Positions 14,820 to 30,051 of a stretch of DNA of 64,000 nt are shown here, one piece after another. The notes beneath the pieces are model-generated. The model searched no databases. It was given only the letters and a program-made list of their open reading frames with translations, and was not told the DNA's origin. Numbering within the stretch: position 1 is the first letter of the stretch; the number at the start of each line of letters is the position of its first letter. Origin of the DNA: Bigelowiella natans CCMP2755 (taxonomy: Eukaryota; Protista; Cercozoa); assembly GCA_000320545.1 (NCBI GenBank), contig ADNK01000267.1, positions 1-64,000 on the forward strand. Reading direction: 5' to 3'. The position numbers were made by a program, and so were the translations under genes.

Positions 14820-15290
14820 CATTGCGACACTTCTATGCACATGCTGTGACCTCTCTAGCAGATCTACCTAACACTGAAATCTATAATAGCTAGATAGCTA
14901 AATAGATCTGCGCTCGAGCTATAGCTATATATACGTACAGCAGACTAATACTGCAGCGCACACGCTTGCGTAGCAACACAATAATGTGTGTGTCTCGTTA
15001 AATGTGGCAGTCTCGCGTAGTGTAGACAGACTTATAGACTACACAGAACTAGGTGGAATTTCTAGTTAAACTTGCTCGCTTAAGCGCTGCTACATGATAG
15101 CGCATGGTATTTCTTGCTCCGTGCACGCGGTCGTCAGTAATGCTTGCTGCTGCTATAAGTGTCAAACAGTAGCGACGCTGCTTACGGCGTTCCGGCTCTG
15201 ACGATTAGCATACATGCAACTAGCGAGCTAGTAGCATCGAAGTTAGCGCCGCGAATTGCAATTTAGGGAGCTAGATAAAATTCGATCTGA
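14820..15290. repeat. palindrome-rich intergenic spacer between convergent genes
   Basis: High density of CTAG, AGCT, GCGC and TGCA motifs; no coherent ORF; lacks the trinucleotide microsatellites seen in introns. Confidence 0.45.
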
Positions 15291-15676
15291 GTGTTGAAAT
15301 CGATTGTTTATAATCAATCTACTTAGAATTCAACAAGTACACATCTTTTCTAGTGGCACTTGCATCGCTTTGACATGATTATTTTCAGTGGATAATTCTA
15401 TATAACAATCTAAAAAGTAATTTGTAGTTATCATTTTCATTTTAATATCGTAATGGATGTTGGGTGTTGTTTCGAATGAATGTGTGTCTACTATCTCTAT
15501 TGATAAATAAGAACTAGCTAAGGAGGACGGAGTATGAATGAAACACGCTAACATAAATTTACAAAGTAATGGTTACCACCACAACGAAATGGCGGGAATC
15601 CATCGATTTTTGGCTTATCTTTTCTCTTTAGTTAAGCACATCATAAATAGTAGTAGTGGTAGAAGAAGAAGAAGAA

Positions 15677-17930
15677 CTATATACTAGGTGTACCACCACG
15701 CTGCTGTCTCCCTCTTCGATGGTTGATGTTCTCCATCATCATGTTTCTCCTCCTCAAAGACTTAATCATCGCACTGAATACTTGCTCAAAATTAACCCAG
15801 GATGGGAAACTGAATATCCTGCTGCTGCTGCTGCTTCCTTGCGATGATTTCTTTGCAGCTGCCGATGAAAGGCCATACTTATGGACGGCTGTTACCCAGT
15901 GATAGTCAAGTTTCTTCTCATCCATCATATGGAGTCCATTTGGTTTAAGATGCCCTTTTTTCTCTACAATGATGTATTCAATGTGTTTGTCCTTTTCTAA
16001 ACTCTGCACCAATCCAGATAATAGCTGCAATTGATGATAAAGCTCAAGGTCAAGGTCCCATCTTCGATGTTTATAGCTAGTCATAGATCGCAACCACTTT
16101 TTGCTCTCTCTGCAAAATACGTCCTTAGAAATGGGTTCTTGACGCTTGATTTGCACTGCTAGAGAAGGTATTTCCTTCATGACATAGCCAATAGCGTTGA
16201 CGAGGAGGAGAAACTGCTTCCCCTTGGTCATGCTATCATCAAATAATAGCCTGTGAAAATCTATTGCAAATTCGCCTCCTGTCTTAAAGCGTACTAGTGA
16301 ATTTGTTGGACTGAAGTCAGGAGGGTAAACTCCAAGTCTGGTATTTGTGCGAGAAATCAATGATCCATCTCGATTGTCTAAAGTGTACATTTGCGTTGAA
16401 GATGATCCTATTGACAGTGCGAGTGCATTGTCGCGCTCTAGCGTAGGTCCAGCAAAAGGAAGGTTGATATCTATCATTGAAAGATCTTGATATTTAAACA
16501 TCATCAGTCCCTCGAAATAAGCCTCATCAGAGGAGGAGAGCAGAGCGTGTTGAGGAGGAGCAGGAAAATCAACGAAGGTCGCAGCACCAAATGCAGCCTG
16601 AAGTTGTGCTCGCATCAGATCTTCCCATTCTGGACCTCCAATCTCTCTGATCTTTCCAGTTTGTAGTACAGTTAGTCTTGCTGTGGCAGCAAGGGGATTT
16701 ACTTCCGATATCTGCCTGCACGCACTGCGAATAACCCTCGCAAGATACGATGAAACTTCTTCCCAAGGATAGGCTGAAGAATCACTGTAGTCGACGAATG
16801 TGTACCCAAGCTCAGCGTAATCTGGAGGTGTTCTTTCTTTTATTAAACCACGTTCCAAGCCTTCCTTCCTTAGCTCTATACATTCGGAGCACGAGCTATT
16901 CGCAAGCATCAACTAATAATAATAATAATAATAGAGAAGAATATCTTAAATCGTTGTTCAATATATATTCGGAGCACGAGCTATTCCCATGCATCAGATA
17001 ATAATAATAATAATTATAATAATTATTGAGAAGAATATCTTAAATCGTCGTTCACGTATATGCGGATACTACAATCGTATAGAAGGGGGGGAAATAGGAG
17101 GAGGGGGAGGGGAGGGGGTGTGCACAGAAATTTTAGACCTTGCTTTTCATCACAGATCGTTGATTTCCAGTGCCATCAAAATAGTGTACCGTAAGGCTAG
17201 CCTATTTTATTAATCAGAGTAAAACCAGGCGAGTGTTATGAAGTATTATTAATAAGAATTTCTTAATCTCAACGATGGTGGCAGGGTAGCTTTTTTGTCC
17301 AAAAATCGACGATTTTATGAACTCAATGAAAGCTGGTGGTAGTATTATTCTTCTTCTTACCCCTCCAAGATCCACAAGAATCTCTGGATCTCGGCTATTA
17401 CTTGTTCCCGTAGTGGAGGCACCGACGTCGCCAACCACCCCCCTTCCAGTAATGAAGCTCGCAGCACGCCTAACCGCCTGCAGAGGATTGTTAGTACCCA
17501 TCGACGAGATGAGAGGGGAACCAACACCGTCTACTGGTGTAGATTTCCTACTATGATGGCTTTCACTCAAAATAGAAGCCAACGTATGGCGCCCAGATTG
17601 TGACTGATGTTTACATCTTTTCCATCGAAGAGGACTGTTGACAGCACTGAAAGAAGCAAAACACAAGAAGCAAAACAAAATTTAGACATCACCGGCATTG
17701 AAATCATGGTTGTGTCAGGACCTCTGATGATGAAGTTGCCGAAATCCTCTCGTTTTGATCGAAACAGTGTCTCTTAAATTTTTCCCATTTGACTTTGCGA
17801 TACCGAGAAACCCCCTTGCATCAAGGCTGATGCAGCAAGATAAGAGGCTGGCGCACACCATCGCCGCAACCACCTCTGCAACTATCCATCCACCTTTCCG
17901 ACTCCGCCGCACAGGAAACCAGCGGGCCAT
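15677..17930 (-). CDS. divergent ASKHA-fold phosphohydrolase (GDA1/CD39 NTPDase or Ppx/GppA-like) with N-terminal targeting leader, 4 exons
   Basis: Exons about 17930-17722, 17645-17227, 17200-17138 and 16915-15677. Motifs in ASKHA order: ILVDLGG, LTVLQTGKIRE, LLSSSDEAYFE, LSIGSSSTQ. Basic then hydrophobic N-terminus. Confidence 0.6.
16877..17065. repeat. imperfect ~90 bp tandem duplication spanning a 3' splice site
   Basis: ATTCGGAGCACGAGCTATTC and GAGAAGAATATCTTAAATCGT each occur twice. Confidence 0.8.
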
Positions 17931-18789
17931 AGGTGTGGATTAGATAGTCGATAGAAAAAGTTTGATTTGGAAGATAATTTCCCCAAGGCTGTGGCAATTA
18001 GGTGTGTGGTTTCGGAGGGGCGGGGCGTATCGCTCTCTTACTCTCTTTACGTTTAAACGAAAATTAAGTCAGAAACACATCTTAAAATAGAACACTGGAG
18101 ATATGACAATTCTGGTGATATGCTACTCTTAGAGGAATGTATATTCTAATTTAACCCCCTTAAAATAGAATACATCAGGTTTTCTTGTGGATATTTGAGT
18201 CTTAGCTGTGTTTTCCTTTCCCCCAAAATGGCCTTGGTTAGGATAAATTTAAGAGGGTTGTTCCGAAAGATAGCTAAGAAAGATAGCTCCGAACAAAACA
18301 ACGGAAACGCCCCTGTTTTTACGTCCTTTTCCTGCATAAGAAACATTTTCATCACAAAATTATTGAAACTCTCCGTACTTTTGTCGGACTTCGCAGAGCC
18401 GACAAAATCGTAAAACAGTTTTTCCGGCTCCTTTTGAAAAGTGTCGCCTGTTGTTGTTGTTGTTACTATGAACTTCAGCAACTGGATAATCCAGTGCAGA
18501 TAAGTCTCGGATGTCTGGAGAAGTAACAAATATAATTTCTGAGATCCGGTATGTTCATTGTAATATTTTCTGAAATAATTTTTGGTCCAAATATTGGTTG
18601 TTTGATATGTAAATTGTGACAAATTGCTACTAATATTAAAAAAGTTTCAAATTGTTCTCTCTGATGTTATTTCGAAATAGTTCATTTATTACTTAGACAT
18701 AAAAAGTATCGGGAAAATATTACCTTCACATTGCTCGACTATCATTTGACAACTAACTCACGAACTCTTTGACTGCCTAGCCTACAGCA

Positions 18790-20207
18790 AATACATTCGA
18801 AATATCCATCCCACTCTCATGCGAACGACTATTGACCAAAACAATAAGTTGAATGCAACAGTAATAACAATAAAGATATTAATGAATGTATGAGTGATAA
18901 TTCTTGCATGTCTCTCGAATGGCGAAGTGTCTATTAACGATGCAGCAGCATTAGGGTTTGCTGGGTAGTGTATGATGTACTTTCATAGTCGTCCCACCCA
19001 ATATCCGGTAAATAGGATATACATGTTGTCGCAGGATAAAGATGGTATGGTAGTAGTGTTATAAGACACACACAATATGACCTTCATCATCTTAAAAGGG
19101 TCCTCCTCTATCATCACCGTCATCGTCTTCTTCTTATCGTCCCCTATCCGAGTGGCATAGACATCACATATTGCATTACATAACATAACCTACCACCTGC
19201 AACAACAACCCTCTCCCCCCCGTCGACCTAGGCTGCAGCTCATCATGCGGTGTTTTACGTGGAAATTAATAGCGTAAAGTAGATAGAAAAGTAAGTTGAC
19301 AAGGGCCTGTATCTTGGAGGCATCACTTCATGACGCTGGAAACACTTTAATGGGTTGAATAATTTGACACTACGACGACGAGTGCAATAGAAAGAATAAT
19401 AATAAAGTAAGTGGTGCTGCACTGGGGTATACTCGGGGCCTGCTTAACAAGCCGAAGATGGTCCAATGGGGTGGTGACCCGGAAGTACAAGTGTACTCCC
19501 TAAACGGTAGTAGTTGTAATACACATACATACAACAATACTTATGGCTTTTCTTCTAGTAGAATCGAGGAATATCTCGACATATTCTAACTACGAATCAT
19601 ACTTAATCAGCCGATGGTCAAAGCGTGGAATCAAGCTTATCTACCGAAAATAAACTCATCTTTGTCTACACTATCACGATGTAAGTATTAAGAGTATGTT
19701 CACCTTCACATTTTCAAGGATGATTCGTTTTGATAGAAATTATTTTTGATGACTCCTAACTTGTACTTTTGACGACCCCTCCTTACACCACGTTGAATCA
19801 GAATCGAGTACATCCTGCTGTGGTGGTGGATGCGACAAAATAAACTCGTTTTGCGGCACAAAGGGCAGCGGGAATCTGTAAAGAAAATGGCAGCTCGGCA
19901 GATCCTCTTGCCTTTCTTCGAGACGATTATCCTGTTGTCTAGATAATACTACTAATTTATTCAATTTTTAAAAATGCAAATATTCATTCAACATCTATGG
20001 TTGCTTAAATATACATATGATATCTTCATTCCCTCTCTCTCTCTCTCTCTCTCTCCCCCCCCCCCCCCCATCTCTCTCACGTGTGTAGATTATCAATTTT
20101 AGAGATATGTAAATTATGAAACAAAGGAACTTATGAAATGATATGTATGCGTCACACATTACGTCGTATATATTATATGTTGCAAGTGTCGGCATGAGTA
20201 GTAGTGT

Positions 20208-20238
<31 letters not shown>

Positions 20239-20785
20239 CACTCATGTGATGGATCAATCATCTTGAAGAAGAAGAAGAAGAAAAAGAAAAAGAAGGCCTC
20301 TGACGACATTGCAGCAGCCCCTTTTCTTCTTCTTCTTCTTCTTCTTCTTCTTCTTCTTCTTCTCACATGCTCTTTCTCTAGGCTGTTTCCGTTCCTAACA
20401 TTAATGAGGGGCTTCTGCGTCCATGCGTTTGTCGTAAATAACACATTTGCGGAGATGCAATCCCTGGAGCAATGGTTTGATAAACACATGATGTGTGTTA
20501 ACTCCCTCCTCTACTTCTTCTCATCATCATCATCATCAATTAATATCTCTGTAGGGCTGATCTGTCTTTGCTGGAAAGTGCCACGTATGGCGCTTTTCTA
20601 CTGGGAATGCTTCTTTTTCAGGTACTAGTCTTGTTTATGTAGTAGTGTGCTGTTGTTATTATTATCCCAAGTAATAATAAAAAAGGAATCTACTTTAAAT
20701 TGGACGTGGTGTTTTTCCTCCTTCATTTTCAAACCTTGATTCTCGCAGTATAAACAATCACAGACACCCACACCCCCCCCCCAAC

Positions 20786-20822
<37 letters not shown>

Positions 20823-20831
20823 AATAAAGTG

Positions 20832-20894
<63 letters not shown>

Positions 20895-21339
20895 TGTGTG
20901 TTTAATTTTTTTTGTTACGTCGGCTTATTTCCTTCAACCGTGGAAGCTTGACACTAGAGTCATCATCATCATCATCATTATTGTTGTTGTTATTATTGTT
21001 ATTATTGTTGTTATCGTACTTGTGAAAAGATCTCTTTTGTTCCGATGTACCTCCTCGAAACAACTATTGGACCTGAGGTAAGAATATGATGATTGGGGTT
21101 ATAATTGAGAAGAATCATGCCTAATCACGACGACTACTAAATATGATGATCAAGTAAGTCAATCAAAAAAGAAAGATAATAAGAGGGTATTATTTAAACG
21201 AACAAAAATTTTGTTTGCCTCATTTAATTTAAGGTGTATAAATCGGCGCTCTGGTGGTCCTCATGGTTAGAATTTATTTACCTCAAAAGATGATTAAAAT
21301 GATGTTTGTTCTTGACGATACTTTATGCAGAAGCTAATC

Positions 21340-21371
<32 letters not shown>

Positions 21372-22267
21372 GGCTAGCTGGGGGATTGTTCGTGACATCT
21401 CTTGCCCCGAGCATATTTGGAGTTATTGCAGCAAACTTAGCAGCTGCTGCTCCGGTTTGCTAGATATTACAACAACAACAACTACTACTACTACTACTAC
21501 TACTATAGCACAATCCCACACCCACACCATACATAATAATAATAATAATAACCACATATTGTGTTGATTCATGATCAATGATAACGATAATAATGATCAA
21601 TAGTGTGGACCTAGTAGTAGTAATAGTAGTAATAGTAGCGTCATTATCATTGTTCCGTTGCAAGTAGTCATCTTTGACGATGGTGATGATGATGATGATT
21701 TAATATGAATGTAGCTTGGAGTATTCCTCACCTACTAAGAAGTTGGATTTGTTGCCTTCCTTACTCTTCCTTCCCCAGCATGAAAACATGATGATCATCG
21801 GTGCCAGTGGATCTGCTGAATCGTCATCATCGTTGTCCTTCTTTTATTCGTCTTCGTTGTATATGGTTTGTTATTGTCAATCACTCGATCATCGAGATCC
21901 CTTCATCATCATTATCACCATCATCATTATTATTATCATCATCGTTATCATCATTATCCGAAGATATAGCAGCATCAGCAGCAGCAGCAGAAGAAGAAGA
22001 AGAAGAAGAAGAAGAGAGACGCTGCATACATGTGTGCGTGTGTTTGTAACTGATGTTGATTGTTTGTGTGTGTAATCAGAAGATTGATGAATTTTTACAC
22101 AACAAGAGTGCACATGTGTACCCCATTCTAGGTACACAACAACAACCACCATATCCACCATAGTCACTATCTATTACTACTGTAAGATGATGATGATGAT
22201 GATGATAGCAGTAAATGACATAATTATGATGACGATGATTATGAGCTGTTGATGTTGTTATTGTTGG

Positions 22268-22300
<33 letters not shown>

Positions 22301-23644
22301 AGGATATTTGGGTCTTGTTGCTTTTGGATGGGTGTGCCTTCTCGTGAGAATAGCACAGTACAAAAATCCAAGATGGGGGTATTACTCACGAAAATCAATA
22401 ATAAAATATAACTCATTAGTAGTAATAGTAGGAGGAGGAGGAGGAAGGGGGTGGGGGGGGGGAGAAGAATACTACTGCTACTTCATTTATTAACAAATAA
22501 GTAGTGTTATTGCTGTTTTACACGCTAATTGAGCACCAGCCTTAACAACCTTTATGCAAGATATGTGATATTTGATAATCATAATCGTATTAATATCGTT
22601 AGGTGCATGTTGCAAAGTTATGTTGGAGTGGCCGCATTATACTACATCATCGTCGCATTTGCTCTTTTTCATTTCTTGCATCAAAGTACGCCAACAGCTA
22701 TATTCTCCTCATCAGTATCACCACCAAACTCATCACTATCGAGCACAAGGGGGGGGGCGGAGGGATTTGGCAGTTTGATAAGCGGTTCCGCCTCCTCCTC
22801 TTCTAGCATGGGAGGAGGAGGAAGAAAAGGACTGCTTACATCCAGAGCACGTAGTAGCAGTGGTGCTGGTGGTAGTAGTGCTCGAGACACCGTCGAGGAG
22901 GGGAAAATGGTAGTACCATCATCATCATCATCATCATCGTCATCAACATCATTATCATCATCATCATTATCATCAACCATTACCATCATTATCAGTACCT
23001 TGCTTATGCGGACTGTGGAATGGCAATGATCCTTCCTCTGATGTTGTGGTGAGTAAGTAGCAGTAGGAGTAGTACAAGGAAGAAGAAGAAGAAGAAGAAG
23101 AATATAAATAGTAGTGTGCAGTAGTAGTTGTAGTAGTAGTAGTAGTACCTGTAATTCTAGAGCAAGGAAAATGATGATGATGAGATGAGGATGATGAGGT
23201 CTTCTTCTTCTTCTTCTTGTTGGAATAATTGTGGTAATAATCAACAGGCTGACACTGAGAGAGGAAGCTCAATGTAACAACCAACATATCATTATAATAA
23301 ACAAATAATGACAAGATAATGCAGAAGAAGAAGAAGAAGGGAAAATAAAAATGGTTCATTGCTGATTGATCGTCATTCGAGTAGTTAGCCAAGCTGTAGA
23401 AGCTGAAAGAAGACATCGATAACGATATAAATATATATATATAGGATTGTACTTTGCAATCTTTATTTAACAAGTCAATGGTTCTTTTTTTGGTCTTCTT
23501 TTTCATTATTGTGTTATTATTTTCCATTTTTTCATCATTACCTTGATATTCATTATCATAATCTTCATCTATCAATCCTCGAATATCTTCCCTCCCTCTC
23601 TCCCTCCTTCCCTAAGGGTGGCGAGCATTTGCTCTGCAGGTACC

Positions 23645-23678
<34 letters not shown>

Positions 23679-23705
23679 CGTAGTAATGAGGTGTTGTAAA
23701 ATACA

Positions 23706-23743
<38 letters not shown>

Positions 23744-24098
23744 AATGAATGGCGGAATAGCTGTGAATCATTATCCTCCTCCTCCTCCTCCTCCTACTAC
23801 TACTACTACTACCACTACCTAGGTAATGGGGACTAGACGTACCATGTCTGGCGTGGAGAACATTCCCATACAAACTGCTCATCAAATGCTACGAGAGGTA
23901 CTAGTAGTACTCATGCATGCACGCATCAAATCCCACCAAAATAGTAATAGTAATAATAATAATAATAATGGGTAGTGGTGGTGGTAGTAGTAGTAGTTGT
24001 TGTTGTTGGCCTTCTTGTCATCAAGATGTTACTACTACTACTGCTACTACTGCTACTACTGCTACTACTACTGCATTCAACAGAAGCATTATCAGGCA

Positions 24099-24137
<39 letters not shown>

Positions 24138-25045
24138 CCTCTTCTTCTTATCTGTGATCTCTCAATAATGTCATTCTTCAGCATCTTATAATGATAGACT
24201 TTACGGAGTTGGACTTCTTAGGACGTGGTGGATCAGGTATAACAACAACAACAAGAAGAAGAAAAAGAAGAAGAAGAAGACACAGTAGCACTACCGAAAC
24301 CAGCAGTAGCAGCAGCAGCAGCATCATAAATAAATAAACGCAGCAGCATAAATAAATAAACGCAGCAGCATAAATAAATAATCGCTGGCGCTGAACAAAA
24401 TGTTATTGTTGTTGTTGTTATTATTATTAAATTCGATTGAAGTACTTCCTTCTCCCCTACTACCCTCCAACAACACCAAGTGCTACTACTTTGTTCAACA
24501 AACAAATAAATAAACAAACAAACAAACAAACAGGTGCCTCAGGATCAGTCTATCGATGCAGATATCAAGGTCAACTTGTTGCTGCAAAGACCTTTTTAGA
24601 AAAGGTACTACTACCACTTCTACTACTACTACTACTATTGGATACTGATTGGTGATAATTAACAATAACAATAACAACAATAATGATATGAATCATGATG
24701 ATGACGATGATGGTGAGAGCATGTTGTCTGTTGTCTATCAATTGCTGCTACCTACATCCAATAGAATAATCATAATATATATATAGGAATATACAAATAT
24801 ATAATAAATATATAGATGTATATGTGTGTCAAATTAGTAGTAGTCGTAGTAGCAGTAGTAGCCAATCTCTTGTTGTGGTCCTCCTCCTCCTCCTCCTACT
24901 ACTACTACTAGTAGTAGTAGTAGTAGTAGTAATTGGTGGTGATACTATGTATTATTAATAAAAAAAAAACAGTAGCAGCAGCCTAGTAGTTTATTAGATT
25001 GTTGTAATTTGGAAGAAGGAGGAGGACCTTAAAAGTATCAATATT

Positions 25046-25081
<36 letters not shown>

Positions 25082-25228
25082 GATATGATATATGTTATTT
25101 AAGGCAATCTCCATATCCGACCTGTTGAGAGTCGCAAAAGAGGCATTTCTGTGTCATCGTGTACGGTATGAAAAAGAAGACCAAAAACAACAACAACAAC
25201 AACAATTCTAGGACGCTACTCTAACTGC

Positions 25229-25272
<44 letters not shown>

Positions 25273-25819
25273 TGTGGTTAACTTAGTAGCTGTTAAGTGC
25301 CGTATCATGATCATCACGATAATGATGATGATGATTATGATGATGATGATGATGATGATAGTCGTTACTTGATTTTTTAATTGATTGATTAGACACCCTC
25401 ACGTTGTAGAGTTCCTTGGGATGTGTGTTTCACCTCCCAATCTTTATTTGGTACTAGTAGCAGTAGTAGTAGTAGTAGTAGTAGCAGTACCACGCCTCAT
25501 GATGATGGTAACGATGATGATGCAGCAGATGCATGATAATGATGAGGAAACATAAACGACGATTAGTTGGTCTATTCTATTATTTATGATTATCTATTCT
25601 AATTAATCAACACAAGCAGTAGCAGTAGTACTAGTTTATTCTATCAAACAGCAGCAGCATGTACTAATTGTCTACCTTCATTCCTACTCGTAGGTGTTTG
25701 AATGGTGCACACATCGATCACTTCTCAATATGCTATTGGATTTGTCAAACACCAAATTGCCTTGGAGAACACGTGTCAGGTTGCTCTCACTTAATTATTT
25801 GTTTTCTATCTCACACAAG

Positions 25820-25854
<35 letters not shown>

Positions 25855-26333
25855 ATCAATATGAAACATGAGCAACATCCTTCATCGTCAAATATGAACA
25901 AATTATTATGGTTTTTCGGAGACAAAGAAAGAGGGGGATGAGGAGGAAGGGGAAGAGGAGGAGGAGGAAATAATGATGTTCAACAATAATATCATCAGCA
26001 TTCTGTTTGTTCGTTGTCTACTACAGCTACTACTACTGCTACTACTACTACTATTTTCCATTGAGGAAAATGAAATAAACAGCAGCATCATGACTCTACT
26101 ACTTGCTGATAATGCTGTCACCTGTCCTATTATAATCTTTTTCTTATACTTATTCACATAGCATTGATACTATAATTGATATAGATAATTATACAAATAT
26201 GAATAATAATGATGGATCTCATAGGTTTGCTTTAGAGGTTGCAAAAGGTTTGAATGCTCTGCACAAGATTGGTAAAAGAAATACTACCTAGCATCACCAC
26301 CACTAAAATTGTTGTTGTTTGGTAGAAAACACA

Positions 26334-26365
<32 letters not shown>

Positions 26366-27852
26366 ATGCCCTACTCTATGCTACTTACCCTAACCATAAA
26401 GCAAAGAATCACCACCTATAATATAGTATGGTGATGATGCGTATTATGTGCCTGTATTAAAAATTGCATGATCATCTATCTTCTTCTTCTTCTTCTTCTT
26501 CTTCTTCTTCTTCTGCTGCTTACTATTATGATTTATTATCATTATAATTGTTTTTCTTTACGTCTTGTTGTTGTTGTTGTTGTTGTTGTTTAGGTGCCGT
26601 TCATCGAGACGTCAAGACAGAGAATATTTTGGTCACGCTCAACCAAAATGGTAGTTATAATAATGCTCAAAAGAACCAAGAGAGGACAAGTCATGATGAT
26701 GTACTAAATAATACTTATTAGTAATACCAAATCTTCTTTTTCTTCTTTAACATCTTCTTCTTCTTCTTCTTATCAGGGAGATTTACATGCAAATTGTGTG
26801 ATTTTGGAAGTTCTCGTCTAATCGCTACTCTGTACAACAACAACAACAACAACGCGGTACTACTACTACTACTACTACTACTACTTTGTTCGTACTGCAT
26901 AATCATAATAATAACAATAACAATAAATAATGATAAATAATAGTGATGATAACAATAATAATAGCAAAAGGTGAAACACACGATGATGATGATGATGGTG
27001 ATGATGATGATGTTGTATTATCACCTAATATTGATGGAGGGAATCTGCTATGTGTTTTCTTTGGTGGGGTTATGCTGGTGGTGCTGCTGCAAATCTTTAT
27101 TTGTCATGAGTTAGATCATAGCCGGTGCTACCGACTCCAAGATTAGGAGGGGGAGGAGGAGGAGGAGGAGGAGGGGAAGAAACAGCACACGGACAACAAC
27201 TACTACTAGTACTAGTACTTCTCATAACAGTTGCACCAACATGGTGATCGATATTGCTGCAAGTTCGGACAACAACAACAACAATACTACTACTACTACT
27301 ACGGCAAAGGAGGCAAAGATGGTGAGATTCCTCCCCTCCATACAACAATACTACTAATAGTAATAGTTATTACATGACGTTGATGATAATGATGATAATA
27401 TCATCAGCATAGTAACCGTTTCGTTGATAACAAGACCAACTACAACTACTACCAGGACAGCTACCAAAACAACGGTGAGTAGTAGTAATAGTAGTAGTAG
27501 TAGTACATAAGATAAGATGCGGCAGCTTTGCGTTTAAAGATAAAAGCATATTGGTATTATATTGATAGAATATTGGTATTATATTGATAGATTCTCTTTT
27601 CTGAGATGGAATTGTTGAATGTAGATCATTAAATATGCATTATTTGATGATGAGAGGGGGTTGTTCTTGTGTATTCTTCTTCCTCTTCTTCCCATTCCTA
27701 TTCATCAACATTAATCAACTATATATTGACTGCTGTACTTAGAGTATAAGGGCTATCTGGTGGATGATGCTGATGATGATGATGATGATGATAAAGGTCT
27801 TCGTCATCGTGAAATTCCAAGTGGGTCAACAGCATCACGGTACTTTGTTATT

Positions 27853-27888
<36 letters not shown>

Positions 27889-27951
27889 GCACTGCACCAA
27901 AACATGTCGGTGATGATGATCAAACACTGAATTCGTAGTAATTTCATCATT

Positions 27952-27983
<32 letters not shown>

Positions 27984-28042
27984 ATTTATCAATCTTAATA
28001 GTATCACGCACACAAGCACACACACACACACACACACACACC

Positions 28043-28088
<46 letters not shown>

Positions 28089-28421
28089 ATTCGTTTAATT
28101 TATTCACTTAGGGATCATGACGGTGGTGACGGTTGTGACAATGATGACTCATCAGATAACCACCACCAGCAGCAGCACCACCAGCAGCAGCACCAACAAC
28201 AACAACAGCATTTCCGATTAGACCTCGATTTATACATGCAAAAGGTAGTTACTTACGGAGTTGTTTTGGTTTGTGGTCGAGTATAGTAGTAGTAGTAGTA
28301 GTAGTAGTAGTAGCAGCGGAAAGAAGAAGAAGAAGAAGAATGATGATAATGATGATTATTATGATGATGATGATGTAGCCATTGCATAGTAATAACAACT
28401 ACTAATATTAATAAATGTACA

Positions 28422-28454
<33 letters not shown>

Positions 28455-28470
28455 ATATAACAATATCTAT

Positions 28471-28514
<44 letters not shown>

Positions 28515-28962
28515 TTGCTGTAACTACACTCTGATTGTACTACAATTACATCTACTACTACTAACCAATGCACACATTGTGTATTATTAGGCATTCCAAG
28601 AAGATCGATTTCTGACAGGACTGGTACAAGAACAAGAAGAAGAAGAAGAAGAAGAAGAACAACAACAACAACAACAACAATATCAACATCGTAGTAGCTG
28701 AAAAAGTAGTAGTAGTAGTAGTAGTAGCAGTAAGAGTAGTAACAAGCACACAGCAGCCCTCCATTCCATTGAGGAAGGAGATAGAAACGTACTACACACG
28801 TAATAGCAGTAGTAGTAGTAGTAGTTAGTACATATAATAGCATATAGTAGTATTCGAAGACTACTATGTAGGTTGGGACACACTATTGCTACCTACTACT
28901 ACTACTACTACTACTACTACTAAACACACTTATCATACCAAAGTTGATGATGATGATGATAA

Positions 28963-28993
<31 letters not shown>

Positions 28994-29666
28994 AACAACA
29001 ACTATCATGTTGTAGGTTGGTACACCTGCATACATGGCCCCTGAGCTACTGCAAAACATTCACTGTGGGAGGAATACAATCACTGCTTTATCGAGAAAAG
29101 TAATAGTAGTAAGTTGTATTGGTAGGAGTAGTAGTAGTAGTGATGATGATGATGGAGGTGTATAATGGTGAAGATACATCAATCATCATGTTGCATTATC
29201 ATCATGCGACAAATGATGATGATGATCATCATCATTATTATTATTATTATTTTCATTATAAGGATAATGAGGAAAAGGATTATCACGCTACTACTACAAA
29301 AGCACTCAATCTTGTTCTTCTTGTTGCGACATTATCATAATGATCATGATTATCATCATCAGGTGCCTTATGGACAAGCTATCGATGTGTTCAGTTTTGC
29401 GTATGTTATGTGGGAATTGCTCACCAGAAGACAGGTAAGTAGTAGTAGTAGGAGTAGTAGTAGTAGTTGTTGTATACGATGGATGATAATCATTTCTGAT
29501 GTGTCATAATAATGATAATAATAATAATAATAATAATAATAATGTAGTGTATAGTGTTTTTATTACACAACAACATTAATCAATGGTGGTGGTGATAATA
29601 ATAATCAGGTATACTCAAGTAAGAAATTCACCTTCAAGGAAATACACACGCAGGTACCTCCTCTTC

Positions 29667-29703
<37 letters not shown>

Positions 29704-30002
29704 AATTACGACTACTTAGTAATAGTAATGCTGCTACACGTTGTAGATAATGATAAAAAAGGAGTAGTTGTAGTAGTTGTTGTAGTAGTAGTAGTAGGTA
29801 CCATTTCTTTCTTGTTTCTTAGGGTATGTTGTTTCACCTTAGACTTCATTAAAACTGATAATATATGAAGACAACTAGCTTGCTTCATTATATATGTATA
29901 ATATGAATAATATTGAATAACCAAAAGGTTCTAGCTGGTAAGACCCCATCGATGCCACCGCCAATGCCATGCCAAACACTCCACTCTGACTTCACAGGTA
30001 CT

Positions 30003-30051
<49 letters not shown>

